A stretch of DNA of 64,000 nt. It comes from an uncultured virus (IMG/VR IMGVR_UViG_3300029258_004075). Lineage: Duplodnaviria > Heunggongvirae > Uroviricota > Caudoviricetes. The stretch's first letter is position 1. Every line of letters starts with the position of its first letter. The notes beneath the pieces are model-generated. The model saw only the letters and a program-made list of their open reading frames with translations. It did no database searches and was not told the DNA's origin. Position numbers and translations under genes: made by a program. The DNA lies in the IMG/VR virus record IMGVR_UViG_3300029258_004075, one strand, 5' to 3'. Shown here piece after piece: positions 19,888-28,752 of the stretch.

Positions 19888-20159
19888 AAAAAATACCAAT
19901 ACTTCCAATCAAAACAGTAGACTTTATTTCACACTGGAAGGACCTAAATAAAGAAAGAACATATGAACCCAATCAATGGATTGAATACTTTGAACCAGGT
20001 CAACAACGTTGGATAGAAGTTCTTGTCAAAAGAGACCTTGGTAAGGAAGTACTTATTATTCACCCCGCGGAAGACCTTGGTCCATCTGGATATGCGAAAG
20101 ACGCAACAGTCATAAAAGTAGATAAAGAAGATACGAGACCTAAGAAGGTGTGGAAGTGA
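19884..20159 (+). CDS. N-tag family protein (PILPI variant)
   Basis: MKKIPILPIK; ATGA overlap. Confidence 0.75.
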   Translation: MKKIPILPIKTVDFISHWKDLNKERTYEPNQWIEYFEPGQQRWIEVLVKRDLGKEVLIIHPAEDLGPSGYAKDATVIKVDKEDTRPKKVWK

Positions 20160-20163
20160 GAAT

Positions 20164-20499
20164 ATGAAAATCAAGAAAACACCAATCATTGATATTAATA
20201 TAGGTCGACTAATAAAAACTTTTGAAAAAAGAAAAAATAACTCTTTAAGATGGGTTGATTCGGAAATTACAGGAAAAAGAGAGGTTCTTAGCAAAGTTCT
20301 TATATTGGAAGACGGACAATTTTATACTTTATCCTTGCAGTATTCACCATCTCTTAAATATAATCTTACTTTAACACTTAGGTCTCCTTTTAAAGAAGAC
20401 ATAATACTTTATGATAAGTTGTTTCAAAGTGGTGAAAGGGCACATATGAAAGCACAAGAACTCATGGAGAAGGTAACAAGGGGTGAAATAAATTATTAA
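20164..20499 (+). CDS. N-tag family protein
   Basis: MKIKKTPIIDINIG. Confidence 0.8.
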   Translation: MKIKKTPIIDINIGRLIKTFEKRKNNSLRWVDSEITGKREVLSKVLILEDGQFYTLSLQYSPSLKYNLTLTLRSPFKEDIILYDKLFQSGERAHMKAQELMEKVTRGEINY

Positions 20500-20902
20500 A
20501 CGAACTCCCATTATCGACATAAACACTGGAAAAGTAATAAAGAATTTTCAAAAAAGAAAAACATTAAAAATTGTCTACAAAGAAGCTTTAACATTCTTTG
20601 AATATGAAGCTCTCGTTTATATTATAGAAAAATACACAAAAGCGAAGAAGATAGATACACTGACATGCTATTCAACAAGAGCTCAAGGCGAAACATATCA
20701 ATGGAAGGATGTTAACATATCACTTGAGGGCAATTCCATGTTTCTTGGAGGATATATAGAAGTAAAAGCTCCTTCTAAAAAAGAATGGAATGAATTTCTT
20801 GCTAAACACCGTGTATTTAGACAGAAATTAGAAGAAATTGAGCAAAAAGGAACATTAGAATACGACGAAGACCTAGAGGAGTGGCGTAGGGAAGATGACT
20901 AA
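20492..20902 (+). CDS. N-tag family protein, probable ATT start (absent from the ORF track)
   Basis: (ATT)IKRTPIIDINTGKVI; 136 open codons; GGGGTGA RBS. Confidence 0.75.
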   Translation: MIKRTPIIDINTGKVIKNFQKRKTLKIVYKEALTFFEYEALVYIIEKYTKAKKIDTLTCYSTRAQGETYQWKDVNISLEGNSMFLGGYIEVKAPSKKEWNEFLAKHRVFRQKLEEIEQKGTLEYDEDLEEWRREDD

Positions 20903-21191
20903 AATTAAAAAGACTCCTATCATTAATATAAATACAGGAGAAGTAATCAGAGAAAGGAGAATCAATCAAGCACATAGAATAGCATTGAAAGCAAGAGCGA
21001 GAAAGTACCTTAATGAACTTCGTTGGATAAGCATGAGAGACAACGACCCACAGCACCTATCACTTTTCCTACAAGAGTATGGATACAGCAAAAAGTACAT
21101 GGACTATGACTGGAAGAACCTCCCATCAAGAATGCAGGCGCGTTTCGTGAAATGGTATAGAGAAGAAGAAGGAGGTCAAGAGCATTATTAA
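20895..21191 (+). CDS. N-tag family protein
   Basis: MTKIKKTPIININTGEVI. Confidence 0.8.
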   Translation: MTKIKKTPIININTGEVIRERRINQAHRIALKARARKYLNELRWISMRDNDPQHLSLFLQEYGYSKKYMDYDWKNLPSRMQARFVKWYREEEGGQEHY

Positions 21192-21537
21192 GAAAACACC
21201 GATAATTGATGTCAACACCGGCGATATCATACGAGAGTATGAGAAGATGAAGACATGGGAAATAGACACAAACACAGAAAAACGTGTAAGATGGAAGAAT
21301 GCAAATGGGCATATCCTTGTTGAAATAGAAAAATATAAACCTTACTCTTTCACCAATCAAAAAGAGGACGAATGGACTGTTAAGATAGGATATAGAGACT
21401 GGACAGCATATACATTCTTTACAGTGAATATTGTAAGCACAAAAAAGGAAGCATACGACTTAGCAAAGAATTTGATGAAAAAGTATAAACACTTGAGAAC
21501 AAAAGAAGAATTAGAAGAACTATTTGGTGGTCTATAA
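21184..21537 (+). CDS. N-tag family protein, probable ATT start
   Basis: (ATT)IKKTPIIDVNTGDII in frame with 21247; GGAGGT 7 nt upstream. Confidence 0.75.
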   Translation: MIKKTPIIDVNTGDIIREYEKMKTWEIDTNTEKRVRWKNANGHILVEIEKYKPYSFTNQKEDEWTVKIGYRDWTAYTFFTVNIVSTKKEAYDLAKNLMKKYKHLRTKEELEELFGGL

Positions 21538-22244
21538 TGCGTAAGGAGTTCAAAAGAAAACGTGGTGATATTGATATTTTTAGAGGCTTCTATTTTGAAG
21601 ACAATAATTCAGTTTTTCTTGGACCACGGTACTCAACTGGAAGAGATGCCAATTCGGATGTATCATTCTTGCTACAACCAATGTATATGAATTGGTTTAC
21701 CTTAAATCCAAAAGTAGCAACCATTTTTGCTATTGACCCAAAGAATCAAAGGCTACACGATAACAGAGTATCTCGTGTATTGTGGGACCATCAAAATGAG
21801 AGTATTGATACCTATATTTATATGCATTTTAGGGATGCACATGCAAAAATGCCATCTAACGATTTTGGTTTAATCATACGTGCTTCATTGCCACAGGAAG
21901 CACAACTAGAAACGTACGAACACTTATTAGAGCAAGAAGTAAATTCAAAATCAAGTGTAAAACCAACTCATATTGGTGTTATCAAAAAAGAAACAATGCA
22001 TGTAAGATGGATGCCAGTTGGCTGGATACCAAAGCGGTACTTTTCCAAAGCAAAAGCACTAGCAGAGTATATTTATTCTAAAGGAAAAAGAAGAAAATGG
22101 AAAGGGTCTAAGACTCCAAAATTTCTCGTTTGGGCAATTGAAGATGTAGGCAATTATGAGCCTGATTCTCCATATAGAGAGATAATTGATAGAAGAGATG
22201 ATATCAGAACTTTACTTTCAATATTTGATTACTACGAAAAGTGA
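21537..22244 (+). CDS. putative ADP-ribosyltransferase-fold protein
   Basis: IFRG ... WFTLNPKVATIFA ... EQEV, in the order of the R-S/T-E ART motifs. Confidence 0.4.
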   Translation: MRKEFKRKRGDIDIFRGFYFEDNNSVFLGPRYSTGRDANSDVSFLLQPMYMNWFTLNPKVATIFAIDPKNQRLHDNRVSRVLWDHQNESIDTYIYMHFRDAHAKMPSNDFGLIIRASLPQEAQLETYEHLLEQEVNSKSSVKPTHIGVIKKETMHVRWMPVGWIPKRYFSKAKALAEYIYSKGKRRKWKGSKTPKFLVWAIEDVGNYEPDSPYREIIDRRDDIRTLLSIFDYYEK

Positions 22245-22294
22245 TAAAGGAGAAGATAAAAATAAAACGGATAGTAGTAAATTGAGGCAAAAAC

Positions 22295-22690
22295 ATGTTG
22301 AAGATAATAGTTGCAATAATAAGTGATGATAAAAGAAAAACAGGAACAGAAAGGAAAATTATACAGTTCGAATTTAACGCAAGAGTGAAGGAGGATTTAT
22401 TTGGTCAGTTTCATTCACATATTTGGTATTACGAACCTATACCTCTTACAAAAGAAAACATAAAAATAATTGAAGATAATTTTACTGAAATACTTGAAGG
22501 AACAAGAATAACATCTTCAACTCCAAAACCATCTATACAAAGAATGTTTTCTGATATAGATTATAAACCAGTTTCTCCTTATGGCAATAAAGAATATTCA
22601 AGAGAAGAGATTAAAAATATGGATAAATTAATAAAAGAAGCTAAAAAACACAAAGGGAAAGCATCATTATGGTTTTCTGAGATGTATTAA
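22295..22690 (+). CDS. hypothetical protein
   Basis: GAGG RBS. Confidence 0.65.
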   Translation: MLKIIVAIISDDKRKTGTERKIIQFEFNARVKEDLFGQFHSHIWYYEPIPLTKENIKIIEDNFTEILEGTRITSSTPKPSIQRMFSDIDYKPVSPYGNKEYSREEIKNMDKLIKEAKKHKGKASLWFSEMY

Positions 22691-22717
22691 ATCAAAAATT
22701 AAAAGAGAGATGAAAAT

Positions 22718-23005
22718 ATGACAGATATAGGAAAAATAGGAAGCTCCGTCTTAGGAATAGCAGGCATGGGCATCGGGTTAGGTTTACTAGCCCACACAGC
22801 AAACAACATAACACGCATGAACGACCGTTTATACGACGACCGGAGAAGAGGATATGGTCGTATGGATGGAAGTCAGCGTGGTTATAGAACTGGTGGTAGA
22901 GGAAGAAATAGAACCAGCAGTTGCAGACATCCAAGCATAAGAGACACTAGGTCTAGAGCCATGTCTCGTACCTACAAACCAAGATTCTACAATCCTTGGC
23001 GATAA
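22718..23005 (+). CDS. hydrophobic N-terminus plus Arg-rich tail (possible virion core protein)
   Basis: GIAGMGIGLGLLA helix; GGRGRNRTSSCRHP. Confidence 0.65.
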   Translation: MTDIGKIGSSVLGIAGMGIGLGLLAHTANNITRMNDRLYDDRRRGYGRMDGSQRGYRTGGRGRNRTSSCRHPSIRDTRSRAMSRTYKPRFYNPWR

Positions 23006-23006
23006 T

Positions 23007-23549
23007 ATGAAGAGAACCCCAATTATAGATATCAACACAGGCGAAATAATAAGGAGCAGAGAAGAAGATAAAAAGAAATTAAAAGATACACCTATGCATC
23101 AAATTGCAAAAATTATTGGAAGAAAACTCGGTTATAGCCTCAGAAAGACAGTAAAAGTTGCACAAGAGTTAGAGAGTGGTTGGAGAGGACTCGATTATTT
23201 CTTTATGGACTTCCTTTCTACAGGACAAATCACGCATAACATTGATGCAAGGGAAATCGTATTATTACTCCAGAAACATGTACAGAATGATTGGGAAGTC
23301 AAAGACAAGAGAGTTGCACAAGGTGTATACTGCAGTGTATTCGACACAGGTGAAACAGTAGATGTAATGATTTATACAAAAAATGACTTTCTTTTTTACG
23401 GTCATGCAGTAGTAGATAGATTAGCTATAGGAGAAGATACTTTTATAAATGGGATACAAGGACATATGCTGATTGGACAAGAAGGAGGAGGAGCAGTGTT
23501 TTTCAAAATAAATGGACAGGAAAAAGTTGTAAGGTGGGGTGTAATGTGA
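23007..23549 (+). CDS. N-tag family protein
   Basis: MKRTPIIDINTGEII. Confidence 0.8.
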   Translation: MKRTPIIDINTGEIIRSREEDKKKLKDTPMHQIAKIIGRKLGYSLRKTVKVAQELESGWRGLDYFFMDFLSTGQITHNIDAREIVLLLQKHVQNDWEVKDKRVAQGVYCSVFDTGETVDVMIYTKNDFLFYGHAVVDRLAIGEDTFINGIQGHMLIGQEGGGAVFFKINGQEKVVRWGVM

Positions 23550-23995
23550 TTAAGGATATACCAGTTATTGATATCAATACAGGTAAAATCATACGAAAAA
23601 GGAAGCGTATAAACAAACCTGATAAAGACTTACACATAGACCTGCGTGAGTTTCCAAAACATTATATAGAATTAGAGTTCAACTTTGACTACTGTTTCTA
23701 CGATAGAGAAGGATACTTTGGAGCAGAAGGAGAAGGAGAGATTAAAGTATTTGTGCCAGAAGTCGTCAGATACGTAGTTGTAGCATCTTTTCAATGTGAA
23801 TTGTCGGCTGAACACGGAACAGTAGATATATTTAAGATTAAGAAGAAGATACCAAAAGTGACGGGATTACAGTGGCTACAGAAAGAGTGGAACGACAATA
23901 ACGAAGTAGAAGTATTAGGCAGAGAATGCGACTTTTTTGTATCACAAGGATATTGGAATACAGCATCAGATTTAGAAGGGAAATATGTTGGTTAA
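23546..23995 (+). CDS. N-tag family protein
   Basis: GTG start; MIKDIPVIDINTGKII. Confidence 0.8.
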   Translation: MIKDIPVIDINTGKIIRKRKRINKPDKDLHIDLREFPKHYIELEFNFDYCFYDREGYFGAEGEGEIKVFVPEVVRYVVVASFQCELSAEHGTVDIFKIKKKIPKVTGLQWLQKEWNDNNEVEVLGRECDFFVSQGYWNTASDLEGKYVG

Positions 23996-23997
23996 AT

Positions 23998-24306
23998 ATG
24001 ATAAAAAGAACACCTATTATAGACATCAACACAGGCAAAGTGATTGAGAATTTAAAGAAGAAAGCCTTTATCAAAGCAGGAGACTACGTTGAGGGTAATC
24101 TATTACCAAAACCTTGCAAAGTACTAGCCGTTGGAATTTATGCATATGTAGAAGATTATGATGATTCTGGTGCTATGCAAGATTCAATAAACGAAGGGCA
24201 TAGTAGTCCATTTGAGACTTGCGTAGCCGTGGAGCTTCCAGGAGAGAACGGTGGAACTGGTGTTTATCCTATACGAGAAGTATACAGGGTGAAAAAGCAT
24301 GATTAA
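23998..24306 (+). CDS. N-tag family protein
   Basis: MIKRTPIIDINTGKVI. Confidence 0.8.
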   Translation: MIKRTPIIDINTGKVIENLKKKAFIKAGDYVEGNLLPKPCKVLAVGIYAYVEDYDDSGAMQDSINEGHSSPFETCVAVELPGENGGTGVYPIREVYRVKKHD

Positions 24307-24598
24307 GAAAGTACCCATTATCGACATCAATACTGGAAAAATTATAGAACGTTGGTCCAAAAATAAAAAGGAAAAGAACACAAAAAGAGAGGAAGCGTAT
24401 AAGTATGCCTTCAATTTTGTTAAATCTTTCTTAGTAAATAGATACGGTTATACAAGATATGAGAATTTAAATAATAGTGAGAAGTATGAGATTGTTGGAG
24501 AAATCATACTGAGTGATGAAGAGTATATCAAAAAAAGGTTTAATCTAAAAAATAAAGATATAGATATAATTATAGATGAAGTGGCTTCTATGGTTTGA
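24299..24598 (+). CDS. N-tag family protein (last of the array)
   Basis: MIKKVPIIDINTGKII. Confidence 0.8.
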   Translation: MIKKVPIIDINTGKIIERWSKNKKEKNTKREEAYKYAFNFVKSFLVNRYGYTRYENLNNSEKYEIVGEIILSDEEYIKKRFNLKNKDIDIIIDEVASMV

Positions 24599-24654
24599 TA
24601 TGAAGAAAACCATAACCTTTATTAATCTATACCATATTTATATGTAGTGATAAT

Positions 24655-24846
24655 ATGGCATTTGAACATAATGGATACGTGTTGCATACACGGTCAGTCA
24701 AATTGAAGGGCGGCAAGACAACGGATATTTATTTCTTTTGTAAAAAAGGAAATATGCCAAAAAGCGGTACTCCTTGTGATAAACCTGAAGACCGCGTTGT
24801 CGGTGTCAATAAAAGAACAGGACTCCCCTATCTTAAGAAGGCATAG
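24655..24846 (+). CDS. small basic protein
   Basis: IYFF...NKRTGLPYLKK; own TATA-like element upstream and T-tract downstream. Confidence 0.75.
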   Translation: MAFEHNGYVLHTRSVKLKGGKTTDIYFFCKKGNMPKSGTPCDKPEDRVVGVNKRTGLPYLKKA

Positions 24847-24850
24847 ACCT

Positions 24851-24869
24851 TCATCTTTTTTTCTTTATC
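24851..24869 (+). terminator. archaeal-type oligo-T terminator
   Basis: TCATCTTTTTTTCTTT just after the stop at 24846. Confidence 0.45.
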
Positions 24870-24894
24870 TATTAAATAAACCAAAAATTTAATA
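24870..24894 (+). promoter_or_regulatory. TATTAAA-N11-TTTAATA promoter/operator
   Basis: Same palindrome and spacing at 33932 and 37614; BRE-TATA-like. Confidence 0.55.
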
Positions 24895-24928
24895 AAGCAG
24901 TTTTTACATATTCTATTGTTGTGTTATT

Positions 24929-25297
24929 ATGGACAGGAAAGCAAGAAGAGAAAAAATACAAAAGCTTCTTAACGATAGCAGTATCACGGAAGACATAAAA
25001 AAGTTTATGGAAGAAGCATCAAAGGAAACAGGAAGAAGTGTTGAGGAAATCGCGGAAGTTGGTCGTGTTGTTTCTTTAGTTGCCTTCATCAAACGAGAGA
25101 ACCTAGAAGGCGTTCCAATACCTAGTATATATGAAAAGTTTTGTGATTATATAGTACGTGATATTCCGCTCTCTGAATTTATAGATATCTTAACGAAAGC
25201 AGTAAATGATGAGCTCCTCAAACTAGAGAAGAACCGTCGACTGTCTCTCACCAAAGAAGGAGAAATGGTTGCATCATTACATGAGTCATTAGCGTAA
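24929..25297 (+). CDS. putative winged-helix protein
   Basis: C-terminal LSLTKEG typical of wHTH. Confidence 0.5.
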   Translation: MDRKARREKIQKLLNDSSITEDIKKFMEEASKETGRSVEEIAEVGRVVSLVAFIKRENLEGVPIPSIYEKFCDYIVRDIPLSEFIDILTKAVNDELLKLEKNRRLSLTKEGEMVASLHESLA

Positions 25298-25397
25298 TAG
25301 GTTTGTAAATACTATAGATACACCTTTTAAAATCTAATACAATACTTATATATACACCCTCTCCCTATATTATTTATGTGGTTGAAATATCAACTAC

Positions 25398-25751
25398 TTG
25401 TGTGAGTGTGGTGACTTGAACAGCGAAGAAAGGAAGAAACCGGATAAAGTAATCACTATCAACATCCCAATGGAGATGTATAAGTGGTTATGTAATCATA
25501 AGGAAATCAATAGAAGTAAACTTTTTAGAGACGCTGTCCGCTTCAAACAAAAAAACATTGAGAGAAAGGTAAATCCACTCGTTTTTCTTGCATCTATCAT
25601 GGGTATCTGTTTCTCAGTTGTTTTAATCGGAATATCATTAACTCCTTCTCCAGTCAATGAACCGTTAAGAGCAGTTCTTGGTTTACTCGGTGGTGTGTTA
25701 GCCGTATCAACCATGGTTGTTTACATCAAAGAGAGGAAAGGTGTTAAATAA
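25398..25751 (+). CDS. RHH-like N-terminus plus 2 TM helices
   Basis: ITINIPMEMYKWL...INRSKLFRDAV; two hydrophobic segments. Confidence 0.55.
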   Translation: MCECGDLNSEERKKPDKVITINIPMEMYKWLCNHKEINRSKLFRDAVRFKQKNIERKVNPLVFLASIMGICFSVVLIGISLTPSPVNEPLRAVLGLLGGVLAVSTMVVYIKERKGVK

Positions 25752-26209
25752 TGCCAGGATATTCAGCACCTAGATATACAGATTTTGATAACGACTCAGC
25801 GTTGACAGCAGCCCAGTATATGCTATCACCTGACATTCCTCCTGAGGAGCGAATGCACTTTGAAAAGTTCTATCTTATGTTTTCCAAAATTATGGCACTC
25901 GGTAACATAGAACGAGAAGACGTGTTCGGACTTATCTTAGCGTTTGAGGAGATATGCATTTTACTTGAAATGGGGTTATACGATGAAGCCCGTCAAATGA
26001 TGGGTAAAGAACTAATGAAGGTTCAATGTTCTCGTAGTATTGGTGGTTTCTATACCTTGTACGGACAACAAGGTGTTCAAAGAACAGAACAAATTGACAA
26101 GATATATCAAAGGAAAGCAAGAAACTCACTCACTCAGCGCCTTGCCGGAATGTTTGGAGGCGGAGGAAAACAATCACGAGGACAAGAATCATGGGAAAGG
26201 GTTAGATAA
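25751..26209 (+). CDS. hypothetical protein
   Basis: TAATG coupling. Confidence 0.7.
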   Translation: MPGYSAPRYTDFDNDSALTAAQYMLSPDIPPEERMHFEKFYLMFSKIMALGNIEREDVFGLILAFEEICILLEMGLYDEARQMMGKELMKVQCSRSIGGFYTLYGQQGVQRTEQIDKIYQRKARNSLTQRLAGMFGGGGKQSRGQESWERVR

Positions 26210-26211
26210 AT

Positions 26212-26760
26212 ATGATGTTTGCAATATCTTATATGCTCGTTATGCTTGGACTTTTTTTAGCTGGCTTTATGGGCTTAATGCCTCTTAATATTCAATTAAT
26301 AATACCTACATTTCTGCGTTTAGCACTCTTTGCTGTAGGAATGGTTCTCGCCTTTTTCGGTGTGTTCCTACCACATTCTAGAGCAAAGAAGACAGGAGCA
26401 GAGCACCTAATTGACCCAGGAAGACCTGGAACAATCATTTGGTTTTATGTGCACCGAGATGGAACAGTTAAAATTACACCAGCAATACGGGAAGTTGAAA
26501 ATGCTCTTTATTCACCTGAACTCGATGCTCTCGTTCATGAAATGAAGTCATACCGTTTATTCGACCATTCAATACGCTTCGTTCCAGAAGGGATTGGTCA
26601 CGCCGTCGACCTCGACATGTGTCTTTATGTAACGCTTCTTAAAAACAAATACGGATATCAAAATCTACGCGAGGCAAGAAAACTAGGACGGCTTGAAAGG
26701 TTTAAACCTCCAAAAGAAAAACTTAGCGAAGAACAATTTGTAGGAGAGGATGACTTATAA
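26212..26760 (+). CDS. membrane protein (2 N-terminal TM)
   Basis: Hydrophobic segments. Confidence 0.7.
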   Translation: MMFAISYMLVMLGLFLAGFMGLMPLNIQLIIPTFLRLALFAVGMVLAFFGVFLPHSRAKKTGAEHLIDPGRPGTIIWFYVHRDGTVKITPAIREVENALYSPELDALVHEMKSYRLFDHSIRFVPEGIGHAVDLDMCLYVTLLKNKYGYQNLREARKLGRLERFKPPKEKLSEEQFVGEDDL

Positions 26761-26777
26761 CAAAATTTAAAGAAAGA

Positions 26778-27380
26778 ATGAGGAGAAAGAATATCATATC
26801 TCCTTTACCCCAAAAAAGAACACCTTTTATACAATATCCAGAAGCACCACCAATACATGAACAACAGCCAGAACCAGAAGAGTACTACGAAGAACCGGAA
26901 GAACAACCAACAGAAATACCTTTCCCTAATATTCCAAGACCACAAGTTCAACAGCCTCAGCAACCAGAGCTCCCTCCAGAACAATATCCACCACAGCAAT
27001 ATCTTCCTCAACAGGAACAATATGAACCAGAGCCTCATCAACCAGAATCAGCATCACCGTTATCAATACTTGACGAAATCGAGGAAGACCCATCACCTAA
27101 GGGAACAGCACCAATCAAACTGGGTGGTAGACCCATTGACCTCCACGTGCTAGAAGACTACGTAGTCAAGATTAGTCCCTATTCGCTAAAAACCATTCTC
27201 CGTTATCATAATGCCCGTACAATAGAGGAGATGAAAGGATACTCAAAAGGTGTCGGTCTTAAGATGAGCGGAGGAACAATCATCCTTATCATTGTTGCTA
27301 TTGCAATGGTTGTTCTCGGTATTCTAATGTTTACTGTTATGCCTGATTTACTTGGGGCTTTCTCGGGCGGTATGCCATGA
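26778..27380 (+). CDS. P/Q/E-rich protein with C-terminal TM
   Basis: Low-complexity N-terminal half; TM IILIIVAIAMVVLGILMF. Confidence 0.7.
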   Translation: MRRKNIISPLPQKRTPFIQYPEAPPIHEQQPEPEEYYEEPEEQPTEIPFPNIPRPQVQQPQQPELPPEQYPPQQYLPQQEQYEPEPHQPESASPLSILDEIEEDPSPKGTAPIKLGGRPIDLHVLEDYVVKISPYSLKTILRYHNARTIEEMKGYSKGVGLKMSGGTIILIIVAIAMVVLGILMFTVMPDLLGAFSGGMP

Positions 27381-27571
27381 ACTTGAAAGAAAAATTTAAG
27401 AAAAAATGGAAAAAAGCCAAAGAAGACCTGGCTTCTCAAAAAGAACAATCGAAAGTAATCCTGAAAACTAAATGGGACATTGGTGCAGAAGCAGGTAAAA
27501 AAATGAAAAAGGACCATAAAGAAAAAATCAAAAAAGTGGTGAAGAAAGTTGGAAACGAAAGGAAAAGGTAG
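27377..27571 (+). CDS. Lys-rich small protein
   Basis: ATGA overlap. Confidence 0.55.
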   Translation: MNLKEKFKKKWKKAKEDLASQKEQSKVILKTKWDIGAEAGKKMKKDHKEKIKKVVKKVGNERKR

Positions 27572-28115
27572 TTTCTTTTTATTGATTATTGCTCTTACTG
27601 TAATAAGCATCGGCTACCTCACTATTGGGGTTACCGTTAATTCCATAGATGGAACCTCAGCACCTAATAACCTGACAGCAAACAATGTAGATACATTCTA
27701 CAGCGTAACAGGACCAATAGCAGTTCTTATCCCTGTCATACTTTTTGTCTCAATGTTTCTCTGGTACATATCAACCCCCGAAAGATTTCAAGTTACCAAT
27801 AAAAAACTCGAAAAGATTTTAAACTTTCTCGACTTAACAACCTATTATTTTGCATTTGGATTAATGTGCTACGCTATCATTGGAACCATATCTGTTGCTT
27901 TGTATGTCCTTTTCAGGATATCAATGTATGCGGGTGAAACTGGTGTCAGCAGTGAGATAGGAAAATGGATACTTATCCTTATCGTCTTTTACTTTGGTAC
28001 AGCAGGAGTAGGATATCTTTTCAAGAAATATGTTTGGGATAAATACAAGAAAAGAAAACAAGAAAAAGAATACGTAAATAATATAGAATCATTACCAGGT
28101 GTTACAAATGACTGA
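27549..28115 (+). CDS. multi-pass membrane protein
   Basis: Four hydrophobic segments. Confidence 0.7.
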   Translation: METKGKGSFFLLIIALTVISIGYLTIGVTVNSIDGTSAPNNLTANNVDTFYSVTGPIAVLIPVILFVSMFLWYISTPERFQVTNKKLEKILNFLDLTTYYFAFGLMCYAIIGTISVALYVLFRISMYAGETGVSSEIGKWILILIVFYFGTAGVGYLFKKYVWDKYKKRKQEKEYVNNIESLPGVTND

Positions 28116-28287
28116 TTGGGACGAAATTAAATGTTATGAATGCACAGGACACTGTAACAAAAAAGGATACCCGTCCGTTACGAAAGGTAGTCCTCATTGT
28201 AAATCTGAGCGCGGTATGTTTAGTAAGAAAAAACAAGAAGAGCATACTGCATTCATAAAACGTGTAAAAGCATGGTTAGGAAGATGA
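28108..28287 (+). CDS. small Cys-containing protein
   Basis: CYECTGHC. Confidence 0.6.
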   Translation: MTDWDEIKCYECTGHCNKKGYPSVTKGSPHCKSERGMFSKKKQEEHTAFIKRVKAWLGR

Positions 28288-28293
28288 TTAAGC

Positions 28294-28752
28294 ATGAAAA
28301 CAATAAATGACCTTGACCAGGAAGAGGGGCAGAAGTTACTTCTTTACAACATATATAGAAACAGATATGTAGGGCAAGCACAAGGAATACAAGCCATTGG
28401 TTTATTAATGATATTTCTTGGCGTTATTTTCTTTATCATAGGTTGCCTTATATTAGCATCTACTGAATATGTAGTAGCAACTGGATTAGATATGTTCAGC
28501 GGTCAATACGTTACCGTTGGTGGACTCGTCTTTAGTATGGTAGGAACACTACTTGTACTTAAAGCGAGAGATGTTATAGAGAAGAGAAAGAAAAAACTTC
28601 AAGTTGCGTTTCAAATGGAAGGAGAAGGAACATTTGAAGAAACATTTGATGTGTCCGACACGGAGATAGAACATGTTCATAAGAAATGGGTTTTTGGTGA
28701 AGAAAAATGCGAAAATTCGAAGACCTCTCGAAAGAAGAACAACAGAAACTAA
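28294..28752 (+). CDS. 2-TM membrane protein, paralog of 28707
   Basis: DLDQEEGQKL...AF...TFEETFDV vs DLSKEEQQKL...AF...TFSDIFDI. Confidence 0.7.
   Translation: MKTINDLDQEEGQKLLLYNIYRNRYVGQAQGIQAIGLLMIFLGVIFFIIGCLILASTEYVVATGLDMFSGQYVTVGGLVFSMVGTLLVLKARDVIEKRKKKLQVAFQMEGEGTFEETFDVSDTEIEHVHKKWVFGEEKCENSKTSRKKNNRN

Noticed and set aside
2763..24598. Tag-coding DNA as a CRISPR array or DNA repeat
   Set aside because: Copies differ at synonymous positions, are in-frame gene starts and are spaced hundreds of nt apart; no cas genes seen.
26860..27050. CAA/CCA-rich low-complexity DNA (also 37180-37350 and 47550-47640)
   Set aside because: Explained by P/Q/E/K-rich coding sequence; not a discrete repeat element.
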